A DNA stretch of 64,000 nucleotides from NCBI RefSeq assembly GCF_009914755.1, contig NC_060925.1; one strand, 5' to 3'. A program made the position numbers and the translations under genes. Source of the DNA: the human T2T-CHM13v2.0 reference genome, Homo sapiens. The notes below the pieces were generated by a model. It saw only the letters and a list, made by a program, of their open reading frames with translations, did not search any database and had not been told where the DNA came from. How positions within the stretch are numbered: position 1 is the stretch's first letter; the number at the start of each line of letters is the position of its first letter. This document shows, one piece after another, positions 31,254-64,000 of this stretch.

Positions 31254-33769
31254 AAATACTTTTATAAGAAATGTTTTATAGTGCTTTCTTTCAGATTATA
31301 ACTGTTGTGTATTTGTGTTGGGCGGGGTGGGGAGGTATATTTTTAAAACCCAAGCATCCCGTGTGCTCGGCAGGAACATGACGGCCAGCCCCTCCATCCT
31401 TTCTTCCTCTCACATGCACATGTACCTTTATTCACCTGCATTGATCTTGAGCGCAGATCTGTGGGCCCAGTGCCTTAGCTGTCAGATAGCATAGCCACAC
31501 CTGCTCACAGGGAGGGGTGCCAGCCCTGACTTCTGGGGAATGGAGGCAGAGGGGCAAGCTAGAACGGACTCCTCCCCCAGAGTGCAGGGAACAGACCTGC
31601 AGAGGAATAGCCCCGACTTATGCACACACTGTCCCTTGTCTTGAAGCAGCAAAGCAAGCAGGAGCCTGAGAGAATGAGCTCATTTCCTACGGACCTGTTC
31701 TCCAATGCTTGGCACCTCCAACCTGCCCCTTCCCCTTTCTCCTCCACTGGCCTTTTTGCACACTGTGGAGCAATATTTTCCTCTACTAATTCAAAAATTT
31801 ATCTTGAATTAACTATTGTTAAATAAATGAATACCAGCCTTTTGTGACCTGTCAATGCCTGTCCACTCTAAGCAAGAATGATCTATGTACAACTTACTTG
31901 TTCTGGCCTCCAGAACAAGAAACAAAGGGAGCTCTTCCCCCAGGCTAACACAGGTTCCTAATAGACTATAACAAGGAGGTTACAAATTCAAATCTGGTAA
32001 AGCAATTTCAGGATCTTGCTTGGAGAAAGAAGGCCAAGTATCTGGAGGACAGTGGTCTTTTGTTGTGTGTTTTTCATTACCTGCTCCTGAAGTTCTGATC
32101 ACCCAGATATTGACCTTGTTCTATAATAACTGTGCAGAAGTCAGTGCTAATAAAGGTTAACAGCTTCTTGCTATACTTTCCAGGAAGTAAATCAGTGGCA
32201 GACAGCTACTTACTTCCTTATGGATTCAAAGCCCAGAGCATTGCTGAGGCCTCTCATACCTGCCCCTTGGTCGTTCCTTCCTGTCAAAGCCAAGAGGGGA
32301 AGGAGAGAAGAGCCTCCTCTCACCATGCTCAGGAAGGCATTCATTCTCCTGAGAGTAGATGAGCCCATCTGTATTCTGGGGCCCTGCCCTGATCTGGGAA
32401 GGTGTCATGGTCCCAACAGAGAATGAATCAGTCCCATACTGGTGAGGGCTGGAGTAGAACCCCCATCTTTGAGCACTTCCCTGACACCTGACCCCCTCCC
32501 TTAGTTACAGTTGCCTGGTTCTACCAAAGCCACTGGCTACCAGACTGTTTCCTTCACACCCCAAACTTCTAGGTGATCTGTGGGATTTATACCTGGGCAG
32601 CCTTCAGGTACGTCTGAAGCCCCACCCATGAGGCTCCTCAAAGTGGAGTGGAGTGGAGTGAATGAGGCCTGCTTTACTCCACCGGAAGAATATGCATTTG
32701 ATAGGGGAGTAAAGAATAAATCAGACTAAGAAAAGCAATTTGGTCTACCTAGCACTCTCAGTCTATGTGGCCAGTGAATATCCACTTCAGTGGGGCTGGG
32801 ATTTTCAGATCAAAAAACCAGAATAAGATGTATGGGAGCCAGGCCACAAGACTCAGGTATAAAAAAAGACTGAGGAAAACTTTCATGCCTTCCTCTCCCT
32901 CTGCCAGGATCAGTGAGTGGGTGTCACAGAAATACCCTGGCATTACCCCCTGGCAAGCAGTTGATAATCCACAGAAGGTCACTTTGTGGGTTTTGAGGAC
33001 AAGACAAAAAAGAAAAAAGAAAATCTTTACCTCTGCTTTGTGCTTGGGCCCATGCTGAGTACTACACACATTATTTAATTCTCACAACAGCCTATGACAT
33101 CATTCCTGCTTTACATAAAGACAGTTGAGAGATTTTTAGCTCAAGACCACACAGATGGCATAGGGAAGGCCCATATTTGAACTCAGCCAATTCTAAAGCA
33201 TCTCTTCTTTCCATGCAAGCATATACTTCTCTGAAACGGCAAATCTGCCCACCCCGAGTCTACTAAATGAGAATTGGCATTTTAGCAAAATCCCCAGGTG
33301 ATTTATGAGTACATCCATGTTTAAGAAGCACTGCTGAATTTCATAAGACGCAGTTCTGTGTGGTTCCCGGATGAGTTAATGTCAGGCAGCCTGGACATGT
33401 GACTATCTGAAGGACCTGCTAGGTGACTCCCCTCCAAAATTCAGTAGAGGTGCAGTAAGACTTTCTAAATTTTGACTGGGTTTGACTCAAGCTATATAAA
33501 TTATTCGAGGACTACCCACCCCAATAAACATGAACCATGAACTTAAACCCTCTGGTGTTGCTGCAGGGAGTAGTTACCTAGAAGCCCCTGGTCCAGGCAC
33601 TAAGGATTCTGGACTATTGTCCAAATGAGATCCAACCTCCTGTGAGAGACCGCCAGGGCCAGGCGCTTCAGGCGGCCATCCTGTTCACTTGAGTCATCAC
33701 TGAAAGCTCAAGCCCCCCAGGCCATTCATCCCCAGACTCATCCCCAACAACTCTACACGCCCTTATCTG

Positions 33770-36388
<2,619 letters not shown>

Positions 36389-37090
36389 TAACGGATATTT
36401 GGACTATTGCCAGTTTTTATTGCTATTATGACCAATGCTCCTATGAACATTATCATGCATACCTCCTGCTGCAGATGTAATGATTTCTCTAGACATGGGA
36501 TTGGTAGATGGTAAGGAAAGTGCAGGTTTAATTTTATTAAAGTGGAAAAAAAGACATTATACTTTTATTAAATGAAGTCTTACTCAGCCCTCTCTCCATC
36601 TTCTAATCAAACAGCTCCACAAGCTAGTTATTCTTTTCTAATGTCGTATAATGAAATTCTAGAGCCTGGCCTTCAAAATATTTTTTACAATTAACTAAAA
36701 GAGTCAAAGAGATCAAAACTGGTGCTCGACACCCACACAGCCACTGGGAAAGATGACACTCGGTATCACAAAAGTGGTCTAAAGAATCTGATTGATTTGG
36801 TTAAGAACTTTCAAATAAAAACTGTCTTGTTCTATGAAGAGTGGATATGTATGTGTATATTCATCACTATTTGCAACTCTGTTTGAGCAACAGGGTCTTG
36901 TTAGAATCCTACAACTCTAGGAAATAAATTGATAAATAAAAATATTTGTGCAAATAACCACCATGCGAAAATAACCTCCAAAAAGAACCTCTATCTGCCT
37001 GCTTGTCTTGATAATTTGCTGTCTTGGTTATAATGTTGTAAATGACATCTTCATATTCCTAAAAGTTACACACACTTGAAAGACAGATGA

Positions 37091-38196
<1,106 letters not shown>

Positions 38197-38321
38197 TAAT
38201 CTTTGACAGTTCTGTAGTTGCAAATATTTTCTCCCGGTTTGAAACTTGTCTGTTCACTGTCTATAAGGTGTTTTGAGAAACAGAAGCCCATTTTAATGCA
38301 GTCGAAAATATCAATAGTTTT

Positions 38322-38672
38322 ACAGCCATAAAAAAGAATGAGTTCATGTCCTTTGCAGGGACATAGATGAAGCTGGAAGCCATCATTCTGAGCAAACTAA
38401 CACAGGAGCAGAAAACCAAACACCACATGTTCTCACTCATAAGTGGGAATTGAACAATGAGAACACATGGACACAGGGAGGGGAACATCACACACTAGCG
38501 CCTGTTGGGGGCAAGGGGAGGGAGAGCATTAGGACAAATACCTAATGCATGCAGGGCTTAAAACCTAGATGGGTTAATAGGTGCAGCAAACCACCATGGC
38601 ACATGTATACCTATGTAACAAACCTGCACATTCTGCACATGTATCCCAGAACTTAAAATAAAATTTAAAAAA
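38322..38672 (+). mobile_element. 5'-truncated L1PA 3' end
   Basis: CAGCCATAAAAAAGAATGAGTTCATGTCCTTTGCAGGGAC...CCCAGAACTTAAA; TSD ATATCAATAGTTT. Confidence 0.92.
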
Positions 38673-38756
38673 TATATATATATCAATAGTTTTCTCTATA
38701 GTAAATAATTCTTGTATCTTAAGAGATGTTTCTCCCTCTAAATCATAAAGATATTC

Positions 38757-45550
<6,794 letters not shown>

Positions 45551-46208
45551 AGCAACTCCCTGGGTGCTTCTGACTCAGATACCTGCCACCCATGCTTAAA
45601 GGAACATAAGGGAGGCTGGAGAGGGAGGGGAGTTGTGTTAGCAGACATGGGAAGCTTCTTCCCAGACCCATCTACATCTCCCTGTTTGGTCGTTTCATCT
45701 CAAATTCTCTGGTAAAGCGTATGAGCCTCCAAGGAGGGAAAACAGGATTTGCTGAGAACCTTTCCCACCTTTACGTCATCTCATATAAACCTCATTCAGA
45801 AGTGAAAATAACTGGCCTTGGGTAAAGCAAAGAGCCTGGAGATGAACTCAAGTCTTACTTTGAAGCCTGTGATCTTTTTCACATCTTGGGTACCTTGTAA
45901 GAAATGGAAAAGTGAGCACCTTCTATGAGCCAGGCCCTCTCATGTGCATTTTTTTCATGTAGTCCTCATACTAGTCTATATAGATATTATCCATATTTTA
46001 GAGCTGCAGAATTGAGACTCAGCGTGGCTGAATCACTCCTCCAAAGTCAAACCGCTCACAAGCTGCAAGAACTGGAATTCTCTCAAACCCCAATCTTACT
46101 CCGCTGTTCCTCTGACTGGGAGGTTGACCTTCTCTCCAGGCCAGGGGAAGAGGTCGGTGTTGCTAGGCCATTAATGCTAATCCCATTCCCCCTGCTGTGT
46201 CTGGTTTA

Positions 46209-49582
<3,374 letters not shown>

Positions 49583-51048
49583 CCCTTTAAGGTAACTTTA
49601 CCTTAAAGGAATCTGAGGCTAGATAGAAAAGTCTCTAAAAGAGGAAACTAAAAGAGCTTCACTAACACAAAAACTCAACCTGACTTACCTCCTGTGGCCA
49701 AGAGACATGTTTCTGGAATATCTACACCAGAAAACACTCAACCACAGATGGCTGAATAATGAGGCACTACATTTTTGTTGGTTTTTTAAACTGGTTTTCA
49801 GCTAGAAAGAAGATGGATATGGGAGGAAGAAAAAGTCCCATGCTGGTCCTAATGCAGCTCTGCAAGATCAGAGATAAAAGTTGTCACCATGAAATACTGC
49901 AAATTCCTAAGCTTGGGGGTGGAGGTGGGGCAGGGAGGGGGCAGTGGCAGAAGGAACCACCTGCAGGTACTCAACCCCAACAATGTAATGCAGCCTGGGT
50001 GCTCTCTCTGCATCCAAGGACCATGCTTCTGCTGAATTGGGGCCTTAGTGGGAGACATCTGTTGGTGTATCAACCCAGCAAATCTGGTAGAAGCTACCAC
50101 TCTGCTCTTGCCCTGGGAGACAGCCATTCTAATCAACAGCCAAGAGGAGCCAATTGAAGGCCGACAGCACAGTGCCAAAAAGGTAAGGCTTTGTGTGGAT
50201 ACCTAAGAGTGAAACTAGGGAGACAGAGGACACACGTGAAACCACCCTAATAAATTCTCTAAATAAGTTGAGCATTTACATTATGCTACGTGCTTATACA
50301 CCAAGCCTGGGTGTGTGTGTGTGTGTGAGTAGAGAGGGGTCCCCACAGACGGAGACATAATCTAGGCCAATTTCCTCAGCCTAGTGAAGAGGAAGTACTG
50401 CAGAGGGCCACGAGACAGTCGAAACAAAAAGGCATGGCTACATTCAAATAAATTAAGGGTCAGAGAATTAACTGTAGTTTGTCTCTTTCCTTTCGGAAAC
50501 AAACCCAGAAAACATTAAATAGGTGGAATGTCTTACACATTATTCAACAGCACCTCTAGTCCAGGATTTGAGAATTCAGCAATTGGGCATTCTTCCAGCG
50601 GTCTTTTCTTTACCGGCCTCTTAGCTTCAACCTCTCGAAGCAGAGAGGGTTCAACTGGGCTGCTACCTACAGAACAGCTTTTAATTCAGGCATCACGGGA
50701 CCCCCCGCCCAGTCAGCTATAGGCAGGATAACAGGATGGCCTTCCTCCTAAGGATGGGGCTATGAGGTTTAGTGGCTTTTCTGGTAAAAACGCCTTCCTC
50801 TATCACAGACCTACAAAGCAATTTCATCTATCTGGGCAACGACAAGAATAAAGAAGCTAGGAGAAATACAAAATGCACCTAACCAACCCCAAGTCACAGA
50901 ATTACAGAGAATTCTTCCCTATGGGGCGCCGGCTCCTGGCCTCGGCTTTCTAGCGTATACCTTGGTTTTTCTGTTTTTCATCTTCCTAGGTTCACTGTTC
51001 AAGTATCAGGCATCATGATCCTCCACCTCCCACCCTTCCCCCAGTGAT

Positions 51049-52375
<1,327 letters not shown>

Positions 52376-52399
52376 GCATTGCAGAGATTGAAAACCGTT

Positions 52400-53660
<1,261 letters not shown>

Positions 53661-53962
53661 GATTTGTATTTTGTGAACTGGTTTCAGGTGGTCTCAGCAC
53701 TTTTCTGTTAACAGGGAACCAGAGTTTCAGGAAAGATCTCAAAACCTAATTTTCTTCATCTCGCCTCACTCAAAGGCCTCTTTCTTGTAAGACTATGATT
53801 GTTTTTTTTAAATAATTTTTTTTCTGATTGCAAACATAAGATTTTTGAAGAAATGTTGTAAAACTAATACAAAAAAGAAATACTCCTTTTTTCTGCTTTT
53901 TTATACATATTTTCGTGCTTATTAATTTTCTCCAAAGCAAAGTTAAATAATAATAGCTGCTA

Positions 53963-57697
<3,735 letters not shown>

Positions 57698-57751
57698 TAT
57701 CCAGTGTAGTTGGCAGGATTCAGAGTGACTGTCCCCCTACCTCATCCCCAC

Positions 57752-58309
57752 TGAGAAAGGAGAAAGGAAAAAATCCGGTCAGGCAGGCAGTTAGGGTGGG
57801 TCCTCAGTTGAATCCTTTCAAAGAACAGCCTGAAGGCACAGATAAGGGAACTTGCACAGCGGGGCTTGTCTAAGACATGCCCACAGCTGCACAGACAAGA
57901 AAGCCTACACGGGTGACTTGCCCAGACATGCCCGCAATGGAAATTTCCATCCCCTGACACATGTGCAGTAAGGGGAACAAAGCAATATGGATGAACTCAA
58001 GCTAAGGGCCCACATTCACATTATGAGGATGGGGCGAAGCTACCAGAAATTGGCACCATATGCAAATGAGATGCCCAGCCCTCATCGGTTTCCTATAAAA
58101 GCCTTTGCATTCAACTGTAAAAACAGCAGCCCTCCTCTGGTTCCCATCTCTGCAGTGGAGAGCTTTCTTCCACTTATTAAACATTTGCTCCAACCTCACC
58201 CTTTCCTTTGTATCCACACTCCTTAATTTCTTGGTCCTGAGACAAAGAACTCCAAGTGATACCTCACAACAAGAGACTGCTACATTGTGGTGCATTGGCG
58301 AGACTAACA
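57752..58309 (+). mobile_element. Solo MER61-like LTR
   Basis: TGAGAAAGGAGAAAGGAA...GGTCAGGCAGGCAGTTAGGGTGGG start, CA end, 4-bp TSD CCAC. Confidence 0.75.
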
Positions 58310-58372
58310 CCACCACTGTTTCTGAAAATGGCCTTGATACTAGCATGAACTCTCTGTCTTCAGGAGTCCTAT

Positions 58373-59407
<1,035 letters not shown>

Positions 59408-60597
59408 CTGTTGGGTGTTTCTGGTGAGTTCTCCTAAATTCAGACCTCTCACTCTTTGGTTGAAGGTCTAGACTATCTGAGCTGTTTTGCAAATGCTTTC
59501 TTGTCTTTGAGCGTGAGGGCCTCAGTCTCTGTCTTTGCACAGGAAATTTGTGTAAAGAGCTATGCAGAGAACTGTCTTTATTCTACCTCTGCCTCACAGC
59601 AGAGGTTCAAGTCAAAGGATTGGCAGTTAGGCACCAGTGGTTTTGTTTTACACAATATGCTTTTTTCTTTCTTTCTTTCTTTCTTTCTGAGACAGAGTCT
59701 CACTCTGTCTTCCAGGCTGGAGTGCAGTGGTGCGATCTTGGCTCACTGCAACCTCCACCTCCTGGGTTCAAACGATTATCATTCCTCAGCCTCCCAAGTA
59801 GTACTACCATGTCCAACTAATTTTTGTATTTTTAGTAGAGACAGTGTTTTGCCATGTTGGTTAGGCTGGTCTTAAGCTCCTGACCTCAAGTGATCTGCCT
59901 GCCTCAGCCTCCCAAAGTGCTGGGATTACAGGCATGAGCCACCACGTCCGGCCTACATAGCATGATTTTAAGATTACAGCTGTTTTCTATCATTTGAAAA
60001 TTCTGACTTAGGGCTGGGCGCGGTGGCTCACGCCTGTAATCCCAGCACTTCGGGAGGCCGAGGCAGGTGGATCACAAGGTCAGAAGATCAAGACCATCCT
60101 GGCTAACACGGTGAAACCCCGTCTCTACTAAAAATACAAAAAATTAGCCAGGTGTGGTGGCGGGCGCCTGTAGTCCCAGCTACTCGGAGGCTGAGGCAGG
60201 AGAATGGCGTGAACCGGGGGGCAGAGCCTGCAATGAGCCAAGATTGCGCCATTGCACTCCAGCCTGGGAGACAGAGCGAGACTCCGTCTCAAAAAAAAAA
60301 AAAAAGAAAAAAGAAAATTCTGACTTAGCCTTTCATTTCTGACCAGTTATTCCTAACTGAAAGTATACCCACTTTTTGCTCTCCCAAACAGGTATGAGGG
60401 TCCAATCCCCCATAACTGGAGCACTCTGCTGCCACTTGGCAGGTGTAGTCACATTTTGACCCTAACCACATCCCTGACCTTGGTCACTTTTGAAAAGTTC
60501 ATTGGCCAGGCGTGGTGGCACACACCCGTAATCCCAGCACTTTGGGAGGCCGAGGTGGGCAGATCATGAGGTCAGGGGATCGAGACCATCCTGCCTA

Positions 60598-60969
<372 letters not shown>

Positions 60970-60995
60970 TCAGGAGATCGAGACCATCCTGGCTA

Positions 60996-61214
<219 letters not shown>

Positions 61215-61701
61215 TCATCAATTATGGGAAATTAAGCTTCAAAATCTAAGTGCTCTTCTTAGAGACACCGGCTGGATTTATGTATAGCGCTGATGGAAAT
61301 TCTCTTGTAAATGTTTAGGTAAGTGAAACCATCTAACCCAGGAGAGCCACAAGCAGCAGTAGCCAAAAGAGAGATTCTCTGAAATGTCTAAAATAATTCA
61401 TCTGCACACACAATTGGGAAAAAAAAAATACTGGTTTTAGACCCAAACCAACCAAGTGGAAGACGTCCTTTATGTTTGTCCTTCCTGAAATCTGATAATA
61501 AGAGATTTGAAAATATTATTTTTTGGGTTATTTTTTTCTTTCTTTGAGACAGGGTCTTGCTCTGTTGCCCAGGCTGGAGTGCAGTGGGCCATTCTCAGCT
61601 CACTGCAGCCTGAACTCTTGAGCTCAAGCGATCCTCCCACCTCAGCCTCCTGAGTAGCTGGGACTACAGGTGTGCACCACCACACTCAGCTAATTTTTTG
61701 A

Positions 61702-61836
<135 letters not shown>

Positions 61837-62118
61837 TAGGATTGGAACTCAGCATAATTAAAAGCTGACACTTGGGCTATCATTTTTTAGACAAAGACAA
61901 AAAGTCCCTCCTGCTTTTTTCCTCTTTTGGATCTTCTTTCTGGGAATTTTCTTAGTTGACTGAAACCCCTTTTTAAATGTGTTTGATTCCTCTGTTTGCT
62001 TCCTACCTTGTTGGCATAATTTCTGCTGAAAAAAGTGTAAAATTTGTTGGCCTTTTAGAAAGCTTAGAATCTCCCCAAATTGCCTCTTTTAACACTTGTT
62101 CTTCTATTTTCTTCCACT

Positions 62119-62719
62119 TGAAACCAGCACTGCAAAATTATAACTGAGACAGTGAAAGAAATCTAGCTTTGCCAACTCCATCTCGCTTCTGACCTCCAAA
62201 CTGTCCTTGTTCATTCCTGGGTGTAGACGGAACTAACTTTGGAGGAACTTAGTTTGTAGTTTAACTTTGAAACAAAGACAATAACAGCCCTTTCCCAGAA
62301 CAAACTCCCTTCTTGCCTGGGGACTAGACTGCCTTTGTAGGACTAACAAATTAGCCAAAAGATTAGAAATTATAGTTTAGGAGTCATGCAGCTAGAGGCC
62401 GCAAGATTTTGAACCTCCCCAAATTGTTCCTGGAGATAACATCACTATTATGAAACCTAAGATCAGTGCTTGAGGTATTTTGCAGATCCTGCATTTATGA
62501 CTCACCTGGCACCACCCAGTTTAATAAACTGGCTCATCTGAGCTTGTGTCCCCCAACCAGAAACTGACTCAATGCAAGATTCAACTCCGTATGATTTCAT
62601 CTCCGGCCCAACCAGGCAGCACTCCCGACTCACTGCCCGCCTCCGCCCACCAAATTATCCTTAAAAACTCTGATCCCCGAATTCTCAGGGAGACTGATTT
62701 GAGTAATAATAAAACTCCA
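62119..62719 (+). mobile_element. LTR8-like LTR, 3' end lost at an Alu
   Basis: TGAAACCAGCACTGCAAAATTATAACTGAGACAGTGAAAGA start; homologous to 58373-59407 in inverted orientation. Confidence 0.8.
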
Positions 62720-62890
62720 GGCCGGGCGCCGTGGCTTACGCCTGTAATCCCAGCACTATGGGAGGCCAAGGCGGGCAGATCACCTGACGTCGGGAGTTCG
62801 AGACTAACCTGACCAACATAGAGAAACCCCGTCTCTACTAAAAATACAAAATTAGCTGGGCGTGGTGGCGCATGCCTATAATCCCAGCTA

Positions 62891-62998
<108 letters not shown>

Positions 62999-63054
62999 TC
63001 AAAAACAAAAAAACAAACAACAACAACAACAACAAAAGGTACTTCCCTTTCCCC

Positions 63055-63056
<2 letters not shown>

Positions 63057-63095
<39 letters not shown>
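63057..63095. repeat. (ATT)n microsatellite
   Basis: About 12-13 perfect units in the tail of a minus-strand Alu. Confidence 0.95.
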
Positions 63096-63096
<1 letters not shown>

Positions 63097-64000
63097 TTTG
63101 AGATGGAGTTTGACTCTTGTTGCCCAGGCTGGAGTGCAGTGGCGCAATCTTGGTTCACTGCAACTTCCGCCTCCCGGGTTCAAGCAATTCTGCTTCAGCC
63201 TCCCGAGTAGAGTAGCTGGGATTACAGGTGCCCGCCACCGCACCCGGCTAATGTTTTGTTTTTTTTTTAATTTCTTTCTTTCTTTTTTTTCTTTCTTTCT
63301 TTTTTTTTTTTTTTTGTATTTTTAGTAGAGATGGGAGTTTCACAATGTTGGCCAGGGTAGTCTCGAACTCCTGGCCTCAGGTGATCCAAAGTGCTGGGAT
63401 TACAGGAGTGAGCCACTGTCCCCAGTGGTAAATTCTTATCTTAAGGTGGAATGCCAATATAAGAAAGGAAGTGTAGGACAAAGCTGAAGGTTTCCAAGTT
63501 GTTGAAGGTTTATGAAAGATTAATCTCATGAAAAGAATTTTGTATGGCTGGGCGCAGTGGCTCACGCCTGTAATCCCAGCACTTTGGGAGGCCAAGGCGG
63601 GTGAATCACCTGAGGTCAGGAGTTTGAGACCAGCCTGACCAACATGGTGAAATCCCGTCTCTACTAAAAACACAAAAATTACCCTGGCGTGGTGGCGCAC
63701 GCCTGTAGTCCTAGCTACTCAGAAGGCTGAGGCAGGAGAATTGCTTGAACCCGGGAGGCAGAAGTTGCAGTGAGCCAAGATTGCACTACTGCACTTCAGC
63801 CTGGGTGACAGATCTAGACTCTGTCTAAAAAAAAAAAAAAAAAAAAAAAAAGGTTTACGGAAATCTTATCCTGTGTGGTCAATGCTGACTGAGATTAGAT
63901 GAATTAATTTGTTTATTAGGTTTTATTAACATTAGCTTTAGGGTTGAACTCGGTAGCTCACACCTGTAATTCCAGCACTTTGGGAGGCCAAGATGGGAGG

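Larger units (their letters stand above)
28028..31270 (+). other. DESI2: DESI2 3'UTR (~3.2 kb, end approximate)
   Basis: AT-rich, Alu-free sequence after the stop, ending at an ATTAAA followed by U/GU-rich downstream elements. Confidence 0.8.

Noticed and set aside
50049-50188. Possible + strand exon ending at AAAAG|GTAAGG
   Set aside because: Good donor but no convincing acceptor, partner exons or recognisable protein.

Overview
Human (primate) genomic DNA that is very Alu-rich. From the gene content I recognise it as chr1q44, though that comes from recall and not a lookup. The first half holds the 3' part of DESI2 (PPPDE1) on the + strand: coding exons 2-5 at 8842-8914, 11498-11591, 14128-14269 and 27794-28027, with a 3'UTR of about 3.2 kb ending near 31270. 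Intron 4 carries a full-length antisense RPL37 processed pseudogene inserted into a MER58 element. A CpG island at about 52400-53660 contains an intronless minus-strand ORF (182 aa from a strong-Kozak ATG), most likely the uncharacterised gene C1orf202. The rest is about 55 Alu copies or fragments, nested L1s, an L2 remnant, MER DNA transposons and a nested ERV1 LTR cluster at 55.2-62.7 kb. Repeat family names are assigned by eye and repeat boundaries are approximate. I found no clearly new multi-gene system. The best leads are the motif content of the CpG-island ORF, a stop-free 309-nt DESI2 exon 2-4 circle, an intronic polyA site that would truncate DESI2, the open RPL37 retrocopy frame, and an unexplained ~1 kb insert resembling a 3'UTR retrocopy.
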